Virus record (IMG/VR): IMGVR_UViG_3300044723_000499
Span: 1 to 29,899 of that record
Strand: one strand, 5' to 3'
Origin: a virus
Lineage: Duplodnaviria > Caudoviricetes
Length of the DNA stretch: 29,899 nt
Positions 1 to 7,275 of the stretch are shown piece by piece. The notes beneath the pieces are model-generated. The model did not search any database. It saw only the letters and a list, made by a program, of their open reading frames with translations, and was not told the origin of the DNA. A program made the translations under genes and the position numbers. Position 1 is the stretch's first letter. Every line of letters starts with the position of its first letter.

Positions 1-11
1 AGGAAGTACCT
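1..11 (-). promoter_or_regulatory. cosQ-like packaging-termination element at the genome end
   Basis: The minus strand ends ...AGGTACTTCCT, resembling lambda GGGTCCT-TTCC (cosQ, just before cosN). The other window end lies immediately upstream of terS. Confidence 0.5.
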
Positions 12-558
12 ATTGTTTTGTTGGATTACTAAATTCATTATTCAACCTTGTTTTTTTTCTATGACAATTTGCACATAATACTTGATATACTTTATGTGGA
101 TTTTTTTCTTTTAAAACTTTTGCAAATGTATCTCCTTTATTTTTAATACCATTAGTTTTTCTTAATAAAGGTTTAATATGATCGAACTCTAATACATCTG
201 TATCTTCTATGCCACATGCTTTACATTTTGAATTAAATAAAGATAAAGCTAATAATCTTTGTTTCTTTCTATATCTTAAATGTTTCTCTTGTTTCTTTTG
301 TTTTATTAAATCATCAAATGATAGTTGATTGATATCATACTGATAACCAAAATGTTTTATTTTTTTATCCCATTTTAATTTTTTATATTTCTCTTGTTCT
401 AATAAATAAATTTGTCCTTTGGTTGTTTTTAAAAAATCTAAGAACTCTATTTTCTTTTTTTCTAAACTTTTCTTTTTAGATAACTTATATTTTTCTAAAT
501 TATTTATATTCCATTGTCTGTTCCATTCACGTTTTCTTTCTATATCTTTGAATGGCAT
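10..558 (-). CDS. HNH endonuclease
   Basis: CKACG...EFDHIKP...LCANCHRKKT motifs, a long Lys-rich N-terminus and very AT-rich DNA. It sits next to cos/terS if the genome is circularised. Confidence 0.85.
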   Translation of the reverse strand: MPFKDIERKREWNRQWNINNLEKYKLSKKKSLEKKKIEFLDFLKTTKGQIYLLEQEKYKKLKWDKKIKHFGYQYDINQLSFDDLIKQKKQEKHLRYRKKQRLLALSLFNSKCKACGIEDTDVLEFDHIKPLLRKTNGIKNKGDTFAKVLKEKNPHKVYQVLCANCHRKKTRLNNEFSNPTKQ

Positions 559-1187
559 TATCTAGCAGTCCTTTTTGCTTCCCTTAATCGCACCCTAAAC
601 CTCTGGGCAAAACCTTTGTTGCGACTAAACACAACACGTTCACCTATATCACCAAAAGGGAACAATGGTTCATATTGTGCTTTATCAACATATCTTGCTA
701 CTATGCGAATGTTCTTATTGTTTCCATATCTTTCCCATATTCCCTCATTAGACTTACCTGTCCTACCTCTGGGAATACCTTTAAAATATTTCTTCTTATC
801 ATTAATAATCTTGCTATAGGTTGCTCTAGTGATGTTGCCATATCTGTTCAGTCTAGTATTCGATGTTGGCACAATGATAGATCTTTTCTCTGGAAACCTA
901 CTTCCACCAGATATCTGGAACTTTAGATATTTCTCTTGCAATCTATCAATAAACACTTCAGCAGTTAGGTTTCTTTTATTTGATTTCTTATATTTAAAAC
1001 CTCTTCTAGTAAATGCAGTTGCTCCACCCTTAAATGTGTCATTACTTTCTTTGGGCATAACTTTGCGAGACATATGAAAAGCAACATCATTTAATGCTCT
1101 TGATGCTGCAAAAGGTATTTGGTTTTTCCCGAAAACATTCAGCGCTTTAGTTACTGAAGATATATTTGTTGATATGTTTATATTCAA
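558..1187 (-). CDS. Tail completion protein, lambda gpZ-like
   Basis: N-terminus (NQIPFAASRALNDVAF...FTRRGFKY) typical of gpZ-like proteins; basic, 209 aa; GGGAG SD upstream. Confidence 0.6.
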   Translation of the reverse strand: MNINISTNISSVTKALNVFGKNQIPFAASRALNDVAFHMSRKVMPKESNDTFKGGATAFTRRGFKYKKSNKRNLTAEVFIDRLQEKYLKFQISGGSRFPEKRSIIVPTSNTRLNRYGNITRATYSKIINDKKKYFKGIPRGRTGKSNEGIWERYGNNKNIRIVARYVDKAQYEPLFPFGDIGERVVFSRNKGFAQRFRVRLREAKRTAR

Positions 1188-1426
1188 TGAATACTCCCTA
1201 TATCATCTATGTTCAATATCATAACTGTTCCTGTGCAATCACTTGCATCAAATATAGTTTTGTAGCATTGGTCGCATTCTATTTGCCCACTAAACTCAAC
1301 AACATTGCCTAATGTCCATTCAGAGCAATATAAGCATCTAACTTTCTCACCAAAGAATTTAACACGATCAACCATAACTAGAATACTACTAGAAAAGCTA
1401 ATCGTGTCAATAAATGTATTTGTCAC
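1184..1426 (-). CDS. Small Zn-ribbon hypothetical protein
   Basis: CLYC...CDQC pairs; stop overlaps the next start (ATGA); start codon uncertain. Confidence 0.55.
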   Translation of the reverse strand: MTNTFIDTISFSSSILVMVDRVKFFGEKVRCLYCSEWTLGNVVEFSGQIECDQCYKTIFDASDCTGTVMILNIDDIGSIH

Positions 1427-1427
1427 A

Positions 1428-1682
1428 CTAAAACCATAATGTGCTTTTGATAACTGAATGTCCTCTGCCCTTTATACATTCATCTAAAACCCTTTGATAT
1501 GCACCCTTAAATCTAGGCTCACTTGACCAACCATTTGCTCTAAGAGTTAATGATTTGCACTCCATTACATCTCTATCATATAGCTGTGCTTTGTCACCAG
1601 ATGCCCTCAAATCAACTACAGGATAATAACTGTAGCTGCAACCACCAATCAATAAAGCTGATATAATTAATATGTTTCTCAT
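1428..1682 (-). CDS. Small lipoprotein
   Basis: MRNILIISALLIGGC signal with lipobox Cys; AAGGAG SD; two further Cys. Confidence 0.75.
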   Translation of the reverse strand: MRNILIISALLIGGCSYSYYPVVDLRASGDKAQLYDRDVMECKSLTLRANGWSSEPRFKGAYQRVLDECIKGRGHSVIKSTLWF

Positions 1683-1699
1683 TTTACTTCTCCTTTTTG

Positions 1700-2563
1700 T
1701 TAATTCTTTTTATTTAAATCAAATTTGTCGCATATTTGTCTTGTGGTGAGGGTTTCACCATACCAATTAGCAAACTGAAACTTCATAGATGTAGTTAATG
1801 CATCTCTTAATTTATCATAATTAACACCACCATATTCAGATGGATTGGTTTTAGCTTTGTTGTGAACTTGATCTATCCAACTTTGTATTAAATCCTTTTG
1901 TGGTTGTGATAGTTCTTTTTCTGCCCTTACAGACGTGCTTTTATCTTTTTGGTCTGATTGTACCTTAATAAGTGTTTTCGGCTTTCTCTTAGCTTCTTTC
2001 CTAAACCAATTCATATAAAATGCATTTGGGTTTGCATACTTTGCTTTGTTTCCATTTTGCTCATTCCATAACCTAATATCTTCAATAACATCATCTGCAT
2101 CTAATCCTAAATCAGTTGCATATTTTTTTATGTCATCTGTTACTTCAAATTCTATTAATAAAACTTCTTTAGATTTTTTCTTATTATTATTATTATAATG
2201 GTTATTATTAATGGTTCGTACGACACCATCTGTCGTAACCAAACCTGATTTTGTCGTAACCATTTTCTGGATGTGACAATCTGACACGTCAAGGTTGTCG
2301 TAACCATTTAGTCCGGGAAACTCATATAATGATGATTTATTGGGTCTAAATTTCTTTTTTATCAGACCTAATTCTATTAGCATTTCAATCTTTCTTTGCA
2401 CAGTTCTAATAGAACATTCTGCACGATCAGCTAATAATTCTTGTGATGGAAAACTATATTGTGTCGCATCATTAAAATGATTAGCTAAATTTATAAATAT
2501 TAACTTAGCAGTTGGATCACCAACCTTTATATCCAGAGCATAATTTAATGCTTTAATACTCAT
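1700..2563 (-). CDS. Replication initiator (N-terminal winged HTH, HTH_36-like)
   Basis: AKLIFINLANHFN...FPSQELLADRAECSIRTVQRKIEMLIELGLI signature, a low-complexity linker and internal iterons. Confidence 0.8.
   Translation of the reverse strand: MSIKALNYALDIKVGDPTAKLIFINLANHFNDATQYSFPSQELLADRAECSIRTVQRKIEMLIELGLIKKKFRPNKSSLYEFPGLNGYDNLDVSDCHIQKMVTTKSGLVTTDGVVRTINNNHYNNNNKKKSKEVLLIEFEVTDDIKKYATDLGLDADDVIEDIRLWNEQNGNKAKYANPNAFYMNWFRKEAKRKPKTLIKVQSDQKDKSTSVRAEKELSQPQKDLIQSWIDQVHNKAKTNPSEYGGVNYDKLRDALTTSMKFQFANWYGETLTTRQICDKFDLNKKN
2161..2306. repeat. Putative replication origin: iterons plus AT-rich tract
   Basis: TGTCGTAACCA at 2231-2241, 2252-2262 and 2296-2306; inverted partial copy TACGACA at 2219-2225; adjacent (TTA)n AT-rich tract 2161-2211. 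Confidence 0.7.
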
Positions 2564-3849
2564 TTATTACTACTTTTAATAGAATTCTTTATAGCACAAC
2601 CAATTATGAATGCTAAATCAACTGGTACGGCATTTCCTATTTGTTTATACATACTACCTATTGCACCTTTAAAAATAAAATCATCAGGAAAGGTTTGGAG
2701 GATTGCGCATTCTCTTACACTCATTCTTCTTTTTCTGTTAGGATGAATTTCAGGTCCTGTAGCAGTAATAGTGTCACTTGGTTCTTCCCAATTATTAATT
2801 CTTAAAGATTGTTCAAAAACAATAGTTTTTTCTTCTAGTTCTGTAACTTGTTTATCATAAGTATCGTCAAAATTTAATAATTTTTTTAAACCCATCCAAT
2901 CTTCTGGATTAGGTATAGATCCCGAGTTATTATCTTTTCTAAACCAGTGACCTGCTGTATGTGCATATCCAAAGTGTTCATCTATTCTTTTAGTTGACCA
3001 TCCACTATTTTTTCTCCATTTTTTCAGATAATCACAAATATCAAACTGATTAACTTTATGTTTTCTACCCCAAAAAGTATCACTCACGTTAGTTCTTGCA
3101 ACGTGATTATAAATAGTTTTATTACCTAACAGAAATGGTTTATCCCTAGTTCTTACATTTGCTAAATGTTCAATAACATCTTTAGTAGATACATAAGGTT
3201 TTAATTTAGGATTGAATAAGTTTTTTTTATGTCCGTGAGTAAAATTAGGAAAGGGATTTTCTTTACCTATTCTGTTACCAATAATAAACACACGTTCTCT
3301 GTTTTGTGGAATGCCATAATCACTTGACAATAAAAGTCTATAATCAACTTTATACCCAATTTTTTCAAAATCTTTTAAAATCATATTAATAACGGCGCCC
3401 TTTTCTAATGAAAGAAGACCTTTAACATTTTCTGCAATAAAAAATTTTGGTTTTTTATCCCTGAGTACTCTAAGCATCTCTAGATATAGAAAATTCCTTT
3501 GATCTTTCATGCTTCTTTTAGTATTTGCTATAGAAAAACCCTGACAGGGAAACCCTCCTAACAATACATCAAAGTCAGATGGTATTTCTTTGCTAGGTAT
3601 TTTGGTAATATCTCCTAGAACTATATGATTGCCAATGTTTTTTTTATAAGTTTCCACAGAATCTGTATCAAAATCATTTGCCCAAATTATATCAAAACCT
3701 GCATGTTTAAATCCTAGATCTAATCCTCCACAACCGGAAAACAATCCTACAACAGAGGGTTTTTTGGGTGAAGTAATACAAGTATTAAAAGTATTATTAG
3801 GTATTTCTTTTAATATTTTTCTATAATCTCCAATTTTAATATTAATCAT
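2560..3849 (-). CDS. DNA (cytosine-5) methyltransferase with amino-MTase N-terminal stump and HTH-like insert
   Basis: Motifs I (LFSGCGG), IV (GFPCQ), VI (ENVKG), VIII (QNRERV), IX (RECAILQTFP) and X (YKQIGNAVP) are all present. Confidence 0.93.
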   Translation of the reverse strand: MINIKIGDYRKILKEIPNNTFNTCITSPKKPSVVGLFSGCGGLDLGFKHAGFDIIWANDFDTDSVETYKKNIGNHIVLGDITKIPSKEIPSDFDVLLGGFPCQGFSIANTKRSMKDQRNFLYLEMLRVLRDKKPKFFIAENVKGLLSLEKGAVINMILKDFEKIGYKVDYRLLLSSDYGIPQNRERVFIIGNRIGKENPFPNFTHGHKKNLFNPKLKPYVSTKDVIEHLANVRTRDKPFLLGNKTIYNHVARTNVSDTFWGRKHKVNQFDICDYLKKWRKNSGWSTKRIDEHFGYAHTAGHWFRKDNNSGSIPNPEDWMGLKKLLNFDDTYDKQVTELEEKTIVFEQSLRINNWEEPSDTITATGPEIHPNRKRRMSVRECAILQTFPDDFIFKGAIGSMYKQIGNAVPVDLAFIIGCAIKNSIKSSNK

Positions 3850-4293
3850 TTATTTCTCCCTAATTATTGGACTTGTTCCAATCACTTTAAATTTATCTAT
3901 TGGATAATGTGCTACAATACCAAAATCTAAAACATCATTTCGATCTGTTCGACCACCCAACTGCACATCAAAATTTTCTGTAAAATCTATGTGACCCATA
4001 ACATCTGCCCAACAAACTAAAAGCAATGTCCTTATCCCTGTAATCTCTGTTAAACTTCTAGCTGCTTGCACCTTGTCAAGATTAATAAACATCGTCTCAT
4101 ATTTATCTTTATTGAAAACTCTACACTTGACTTCCACAAAAGCATAAATCCTATCTCTTTTATAAAGAGCAAAATCTATTTTCTGAGTGAATGGTAACTT
4201 CTTTTTATCTAAGTTATATATCTTGCAAAACTCACTTATTACAGCTTCTTCACGTCTTAAATCAGCTTTACTTTCATACATTGGTCTGTTCAT
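3850..4293 (-). CDS. PD-(D/E)XK-family nuclease-like protein
   Basis: IDFAL...FVEVKCR matches the D...ExK signature. Confidence 0.6.
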   Translation of the reverse strand: MNRPMYESKADLRREEAVISEFCKIYNLDKKKLPFTQKIDFALYKRDRIYAFVEVKCRVFNKDKYETMFINLDKVQAARSLTEITGIRTLLLVCWADVMGHIDFTENFDVQLGGRTDRNDVLDFGIVAHYPIDKFKVIGTSPIIREK

Positions 4294-5047
4294 AGATCAC
4301 CTTTATTCCCTCAAATATTCGTGCAACTACTTGTGGCACAATCGAATTTCCTAATGCTTTTAATCTTCTTCTTCTAATACCGTCCATCCCTCTGGATAAC
4401 CCATCATGCTCTCTATAAACTCTGCTTTCACCTTTCCACGTTGTAAATTCATATCCTCTAGGTCTAAAATTGATGTTGTCAAACAACTCTGCCTTTTCCA
4501 TTCTGCCGGAAATCCCATCTCTTGACCTATGTGTGCCGTTGGAGTTGGCAACAATCCATAATCTGTATCTTTGATGATTTGCTCCCGCCGTTGTAGCTGG
4601 AATATTAAAGACCCTTGTTGTGTAGTTATTATCTTCCAACTGTGATAATATTTGGTCAAGTCCCATATTGATAAGACCATTAACATTCTCTCCAATAATC
4701 CAATCTGCCCGGACTTTTTGTGCAATCTCAAACATCTCTCCCCAGAGATAGCGATCATCTTCTGTGCCTTTTCTTTTAAATGTTCCATTTTCAGATGCTG
4801 TGCTGAATGGTTGACAGGGAAATCCCCCACAGACAATATTAATTCTTCCAAGTCTAGTTGTGTCATCTTTTAACTCCTTTACATCATCATAAATTGGCAC
4901 ATTGGGAAAATTCTTTTTCAATATCTTTTGGCAAAATGGATCTATTTCACAAAATGCTTCAGTTTTATATCCACCCACTAATTGCTCTGCTGCATATGAA
5001 AAACCACCAATCCCACTAAATAAATCTAGTATTTTGATTTTCTCCAT
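4274..5047 (-). CDS. C5 DNA methyltransferase, alpha-like subunit lacking motif IX
   Basis: LDLFSGIGG, GGFPCQPFS, ENVNG, HQRYRLW and RLKALGNSIVP are present; no RE..RLQGFP-type motif IX in this frame. Confidence 0.9.
   Translation of the reverse strand: MEKIKILDLFSGIGGFSYAAEQLVGGYKTEAFCEIDPFCQKILKKNFPNVPIYDDVKELKDDTTRLGRINIVCGGFPCQPFSTASENGTFKRKGTEDDRYLWGEMFEIAQKVRADWIIGENVNGLINMGLDQILSQLEDNNYTTRVFNIPATTAGANHQRYRLWIVANSNGTHRSRDGISGRMEKAELFDNINFRPRGYEFTTWKGESRVYREHDGLSRGMDGIRRRRLKALGNSIVPQVVARIFEGIKVIYEQTNV
4360..4866 (-). CDS. Nested alternative-frame ORF, putative beta subunit of the C5 MTase
   Basis: 168 codons open entirely inside the MTase gene; AAAGGAG SD 7 nt before ATG; ends in motif-IX-like AEFIESMMGYPEGWT and contains LLPTPTA. 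Confidence 0.75.
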   Translation of the reverse strand: MTQLDLEELILSVGDFPVNHSAQHLKMEHLKEKAQKMIAISGERCLRLHKKSGQIGLLERMLMVLSIWDLTKYYHSWKIITTQQGSLIFQLQRREQIIKDTDYGLLPTPTAHIGQEMGFPAEWKRQSCLTTSILDLEDMNLQRGKVKAEFIESMMGYPEGWTVLEEED

Positions 5048-5358
5048 TAGGATTTATCCTTATTGTTATACAAATCACAAAAATCATCTAATCTCATAAC
5101 AACTAATGGATCTTTTCTATCTGCAGCAATAACCAGAGCATCAGCTTCTTCAATCCATTCATATATCTGTTTAAATCCATTACCTCTTTTCTTTAGCTCC
5201 AAAGTGTAATCTTCATTATTTAGATTAGCAATTATATCGCCTTTGAGCCAAGTTGATCCACTAAGAGGAACACGTTTTGCTTTAATGTCGTGGAACTCTA
5301 GCTTCTTAACAATCTCACGTTCAAATCTAGCGCCTTTATCTCTTTGCATTTTACCCAT
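5047..5358 (-). CDS. Holliday junction resolvase (Hjc-like PD-(D/E)XK)
   Basis: KGARFERE...GDII...LELKKR signature; 103 aa. Confidence 0.75.
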   Translation of the reverse strand: MGKMQRDKGARFEREIVKKLEFHDIKAKRVPLSGSTWLKGDIIANLNNEDYTLELKKRGNGFKQIYEWIEEADALVIAADRKDPLVVMRLDDFCDLYNNKDKS

Positions 5359-5539
5359 TTATCCAATCCCTTAAACCAACCTCTGATTTACTGATATCCT
5401 CAATCTTAACAATCATATCAACTGATGGAGTTCTTTGTCCATTAATCCACCTGTTAACAGTTACATTGCTGACACATAAAGCATCAGCAAATTGTTTTTG
5501 TGAGATATGGTTCTCTGACAACCATTCTTTAAGTTTCAT
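5351..5539 (-). CDS. Cro/XRE-family HTH regulator
   Basis: ISQKQFADALCVSNVTVNRWINGQRTPS HTH; 62 aa with no peptidase domain. Confidence 0.85.
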   Translation of the reverse strand: MKLKEWLSENHISQKQFADALCVSNVTVNRWINGQRTPSVDMIVKIEDISKSEVGLRDWING

Positions 5540-5778
5540 TCAATTCTCCATAATCTTATTTCTTCTTCTTCACCAAATGGTTTTAAATTCCTTGAAATAA
5601 ACTTCCAACCATATTTCCTAAAAGCACCAGTTATTCCTTGTTTTTTCGTGCTTGCAGAAGTGTCATATTCATATTCTTTCTTTAATAAAACACTATCTCC
5701 AACTTCCATATCTTTTAAAGATAATAACCATTTACCTCTTTTGTTTTCTGGTAAAGGAATATTTTTTTCAATCTTCAT
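5536..5778 (-). CDS. Hypothetical phage protein
   Basis: MKIEKNIPLP...MEVGDSV...IRLWR pattern common in small phage proteins; translationally coupled to the next gene. Confidence 0.7.
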   Translation of the reverse strand: MKIEKNIPLPENKRGKWLLSLKDMEVGDSVLLKKEYEYDTSASTKKQGITGAFRKYGWKFISRNLKPFGEEEEIRLWRIE

Positions 5779-5787
5779 AATTATCCC

Positions 5788-5889
5788 CTATCCAAAAGCT
5801 ACTAGTAAAAACCAAGCAAATCCAAATAACAAAAATAGAAATGCTAACTCTAAAAAATAAACACCAAAGTTTTTTATAAATTTAATCAT
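5788..5889 (-). CDS. 33-aa single-pass membrane peptide (not in ORF track)
   Basis: MIKFIKNFGVYFLELAFLFLLFGFAWFLLVAFG*, GGGAG SD upstream; fills the operon gap. Confidence 0.65.
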   Translation of the reverse strand: MIKFIKNFGVYFLELAFLFLLFGFAWFLLVAFG

Positions 5890-5916
5890 TGTTTTTCTCC
5901 CTTTTATTATTACTAA

Positions 5917-6303
5917 TTAACCCCATAACTCGTATGGAGTTTCTCCTTTTTCTGCAACCAAAGTATTAGTTGGTGCAAACTTTTTATAACTATCTTGAGT
6001 TTTAAAACCATTTTTTGTATTGAACCATCTGACACCCCACTCAGTTTTTAATAATGCCTTACCTAATATCCAACCTTTTCTAGTTTCTAATCTTCCAGAG
6101 TTTGAATAAAATACAGGATCATAACCACCTTTCTCAACCTTTACCCATTTAACTAAACCCATTGGTTTGCCCTCATGTTTACCTTTAGTGTATTTAGGTA
6201 AAGCATCAACCATTTCTTCACCAAACCATTTAACAGCTAAATCATAACCAAAATCATCTGATAAATAAGATTTTCTAACTTTGTATTCTGCCGGATTTCC
6301 CAT
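5917..6303 (-). CDS. Hypothetical protein, first gene of the leftward operon
   Basis: 128-aa ORF with AAGGAG SD directly downstream of the promoter. Confidence 0.75.
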   Translation of the reverse strand: MGNPAEYKVRKSYLSDDFGYDLAVKWFGEEMVDALPKYTKGKHEGKPMGLVKWVKVEKGGYDPVFYSNSGRLETRKGWILGKALLKTEWGVRWFNTKNGFKTQDSYKKFAPTNTLVAEKGETPYELWG

Positions 6304-6335
6304 TTTTTAAATCTCCTTGTCCTTGTTACAAAACC

Positions 6336-6364
6336 ATTATTACCGATTTGGTTAATGGTGTCAA
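6336..6364 (-). promoter_or_regulatory. Sigma70-type leftward promoter
   Basis: TTGACA (6364-6359), 17-nt spacer, AATAAT (6341-6336); overlapped by inverted repeat ACCATTA/TAATGGT. Confidence 0.7.
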
Positions 6365-6394
6365 ATAAAAAAATATCTTTTTTGTAAATAATTA

Positions 6395-6422
6395 TTGATT
6401 TATTGATTTTTATGCTTAGTAT
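6395..6422 (+). promoter_or_regulatory. Possible rightward promoter
   Basis: TTGATT (6395-6400), 16-nt spacer, TAGTAT (6417-6422), 7 nt before ATG 6430. Confidence 0.4.
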
Positions 6423-6429
6423 CCTAGTT

Positions 6430-7275
6430 ATGAGTGACAATAATGATATCGGATTAGAATGGTTAAGTGTTGATTTAGATCACCTTAGTCCATCACAATT
6501 ATTAACATCGACACCTAGTTGGATATTTAAATATCTGCATTTAGGCAAGGATAGGCGCAATATAGTAGTAGGTGAGAATGCTGCACTCGGCTCTGCTGTT
6601 CATAATGCTGTCCAGAACGTGCTATGTGGCATTCCAACATATGATGCGACCAGAGAAGCACAAATTGAATTTGATATGCATGATGCTAATGAAGATGCAG
6701 CAAAGCGCATAAAATATCGTGGTATTATTCCACAAATGGTTCAAAATGGTGTTGATGTATTATTAGAAAATGGTTTCTTTGCAGCTATCCCGGAAGAAAA
6801 AATAACTACAAGATTTGATGGTGTTAATGTTGACATTATAGGTTTTGTTGATCTAGTCGTACCAGATACAATATTTTGTGAAATGAAAACCAAAGCACCT
6901 AGAAAAACAAGACTTCTTAAAGATGGCTCTCAAGGTTGGTCAAAAGGTTCACTTCCAAAAGCACCAGAAAAGAACCACGTTATGCAATCAGCTATCTATC
7001 ATCATGCATTAAAGATAACTCCATCTATATGCTATATAAATGAAGTTGAAGCTGTATTATATACACCATTTAATTGCGATGAATTAAAAGCAGATAATCT
7101 AGCTAAATGCCTTGAAGAAATGCGACAAAAAGCATTAGTTAGACAAAATCTATTGAAGTTTAGTGATGATCCAAAAGTCCTAGCTTCAATAGTTGATCCA
7201 GATTGGGATCATGCCTACCAATGGAAACTAGAAGATGAATACTTACAGAAAGCGAGGAAATTATGGGAGTTCTAG
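6430..7275 (+). CDS. PD-(D/E)XK exonuclease (PDDEXK_1-like)
   Basis: HLSPSQL...GSAVH...GFVDLV...CEMKT...QSAIY; upstream of ERF and SSB. ATG 6430 preferred over TTG 6403. Confidence 0.8.
   Translation: MSDNNDIGLEWLSVDLDHLSPSQLLTSTPSWIFKYLHLGKDRRNIVVGENAALGSAVHNAVQNVLCGIPTYDATREAQIEFDMHDANEDAAKRIKYRGIIPQMVQNGVDVLLENGFFAAIPEEKITTRFDGVNVDIIGFVDLVVPDTIFCEMKTKAPRKTRLLKDGSQGWSKGSLPKAPEKNHVMQSAIYHHALKITPSICYINEVEAVLYTPFNCDELKADNLAKCLEEMRQKALVRQNLLKFSDDPKVLASIVDPDWDHAYQWKLEDEYLQKARKLWEF

Noticed and set aside
514-1077. Plus-strand ORFs 514-819, 675-926 and 829-1077
   Set aside because: Antisense shadows of the gpZ-like gene, with no motifs or convincing SD.
2231-2306. Direct repeats considered as a mini-CRISPR
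   Set aside because: Repeats are only 11 bp, irregularly spaced and inside a CDS; iterons fit better and no cas operon is present.
6237-6440. 67-aa minus-strand ORF spanning the divergent intergenic region
   Set aside because: It runs through promoter elements and overlaps a better-supported gene; no SD.
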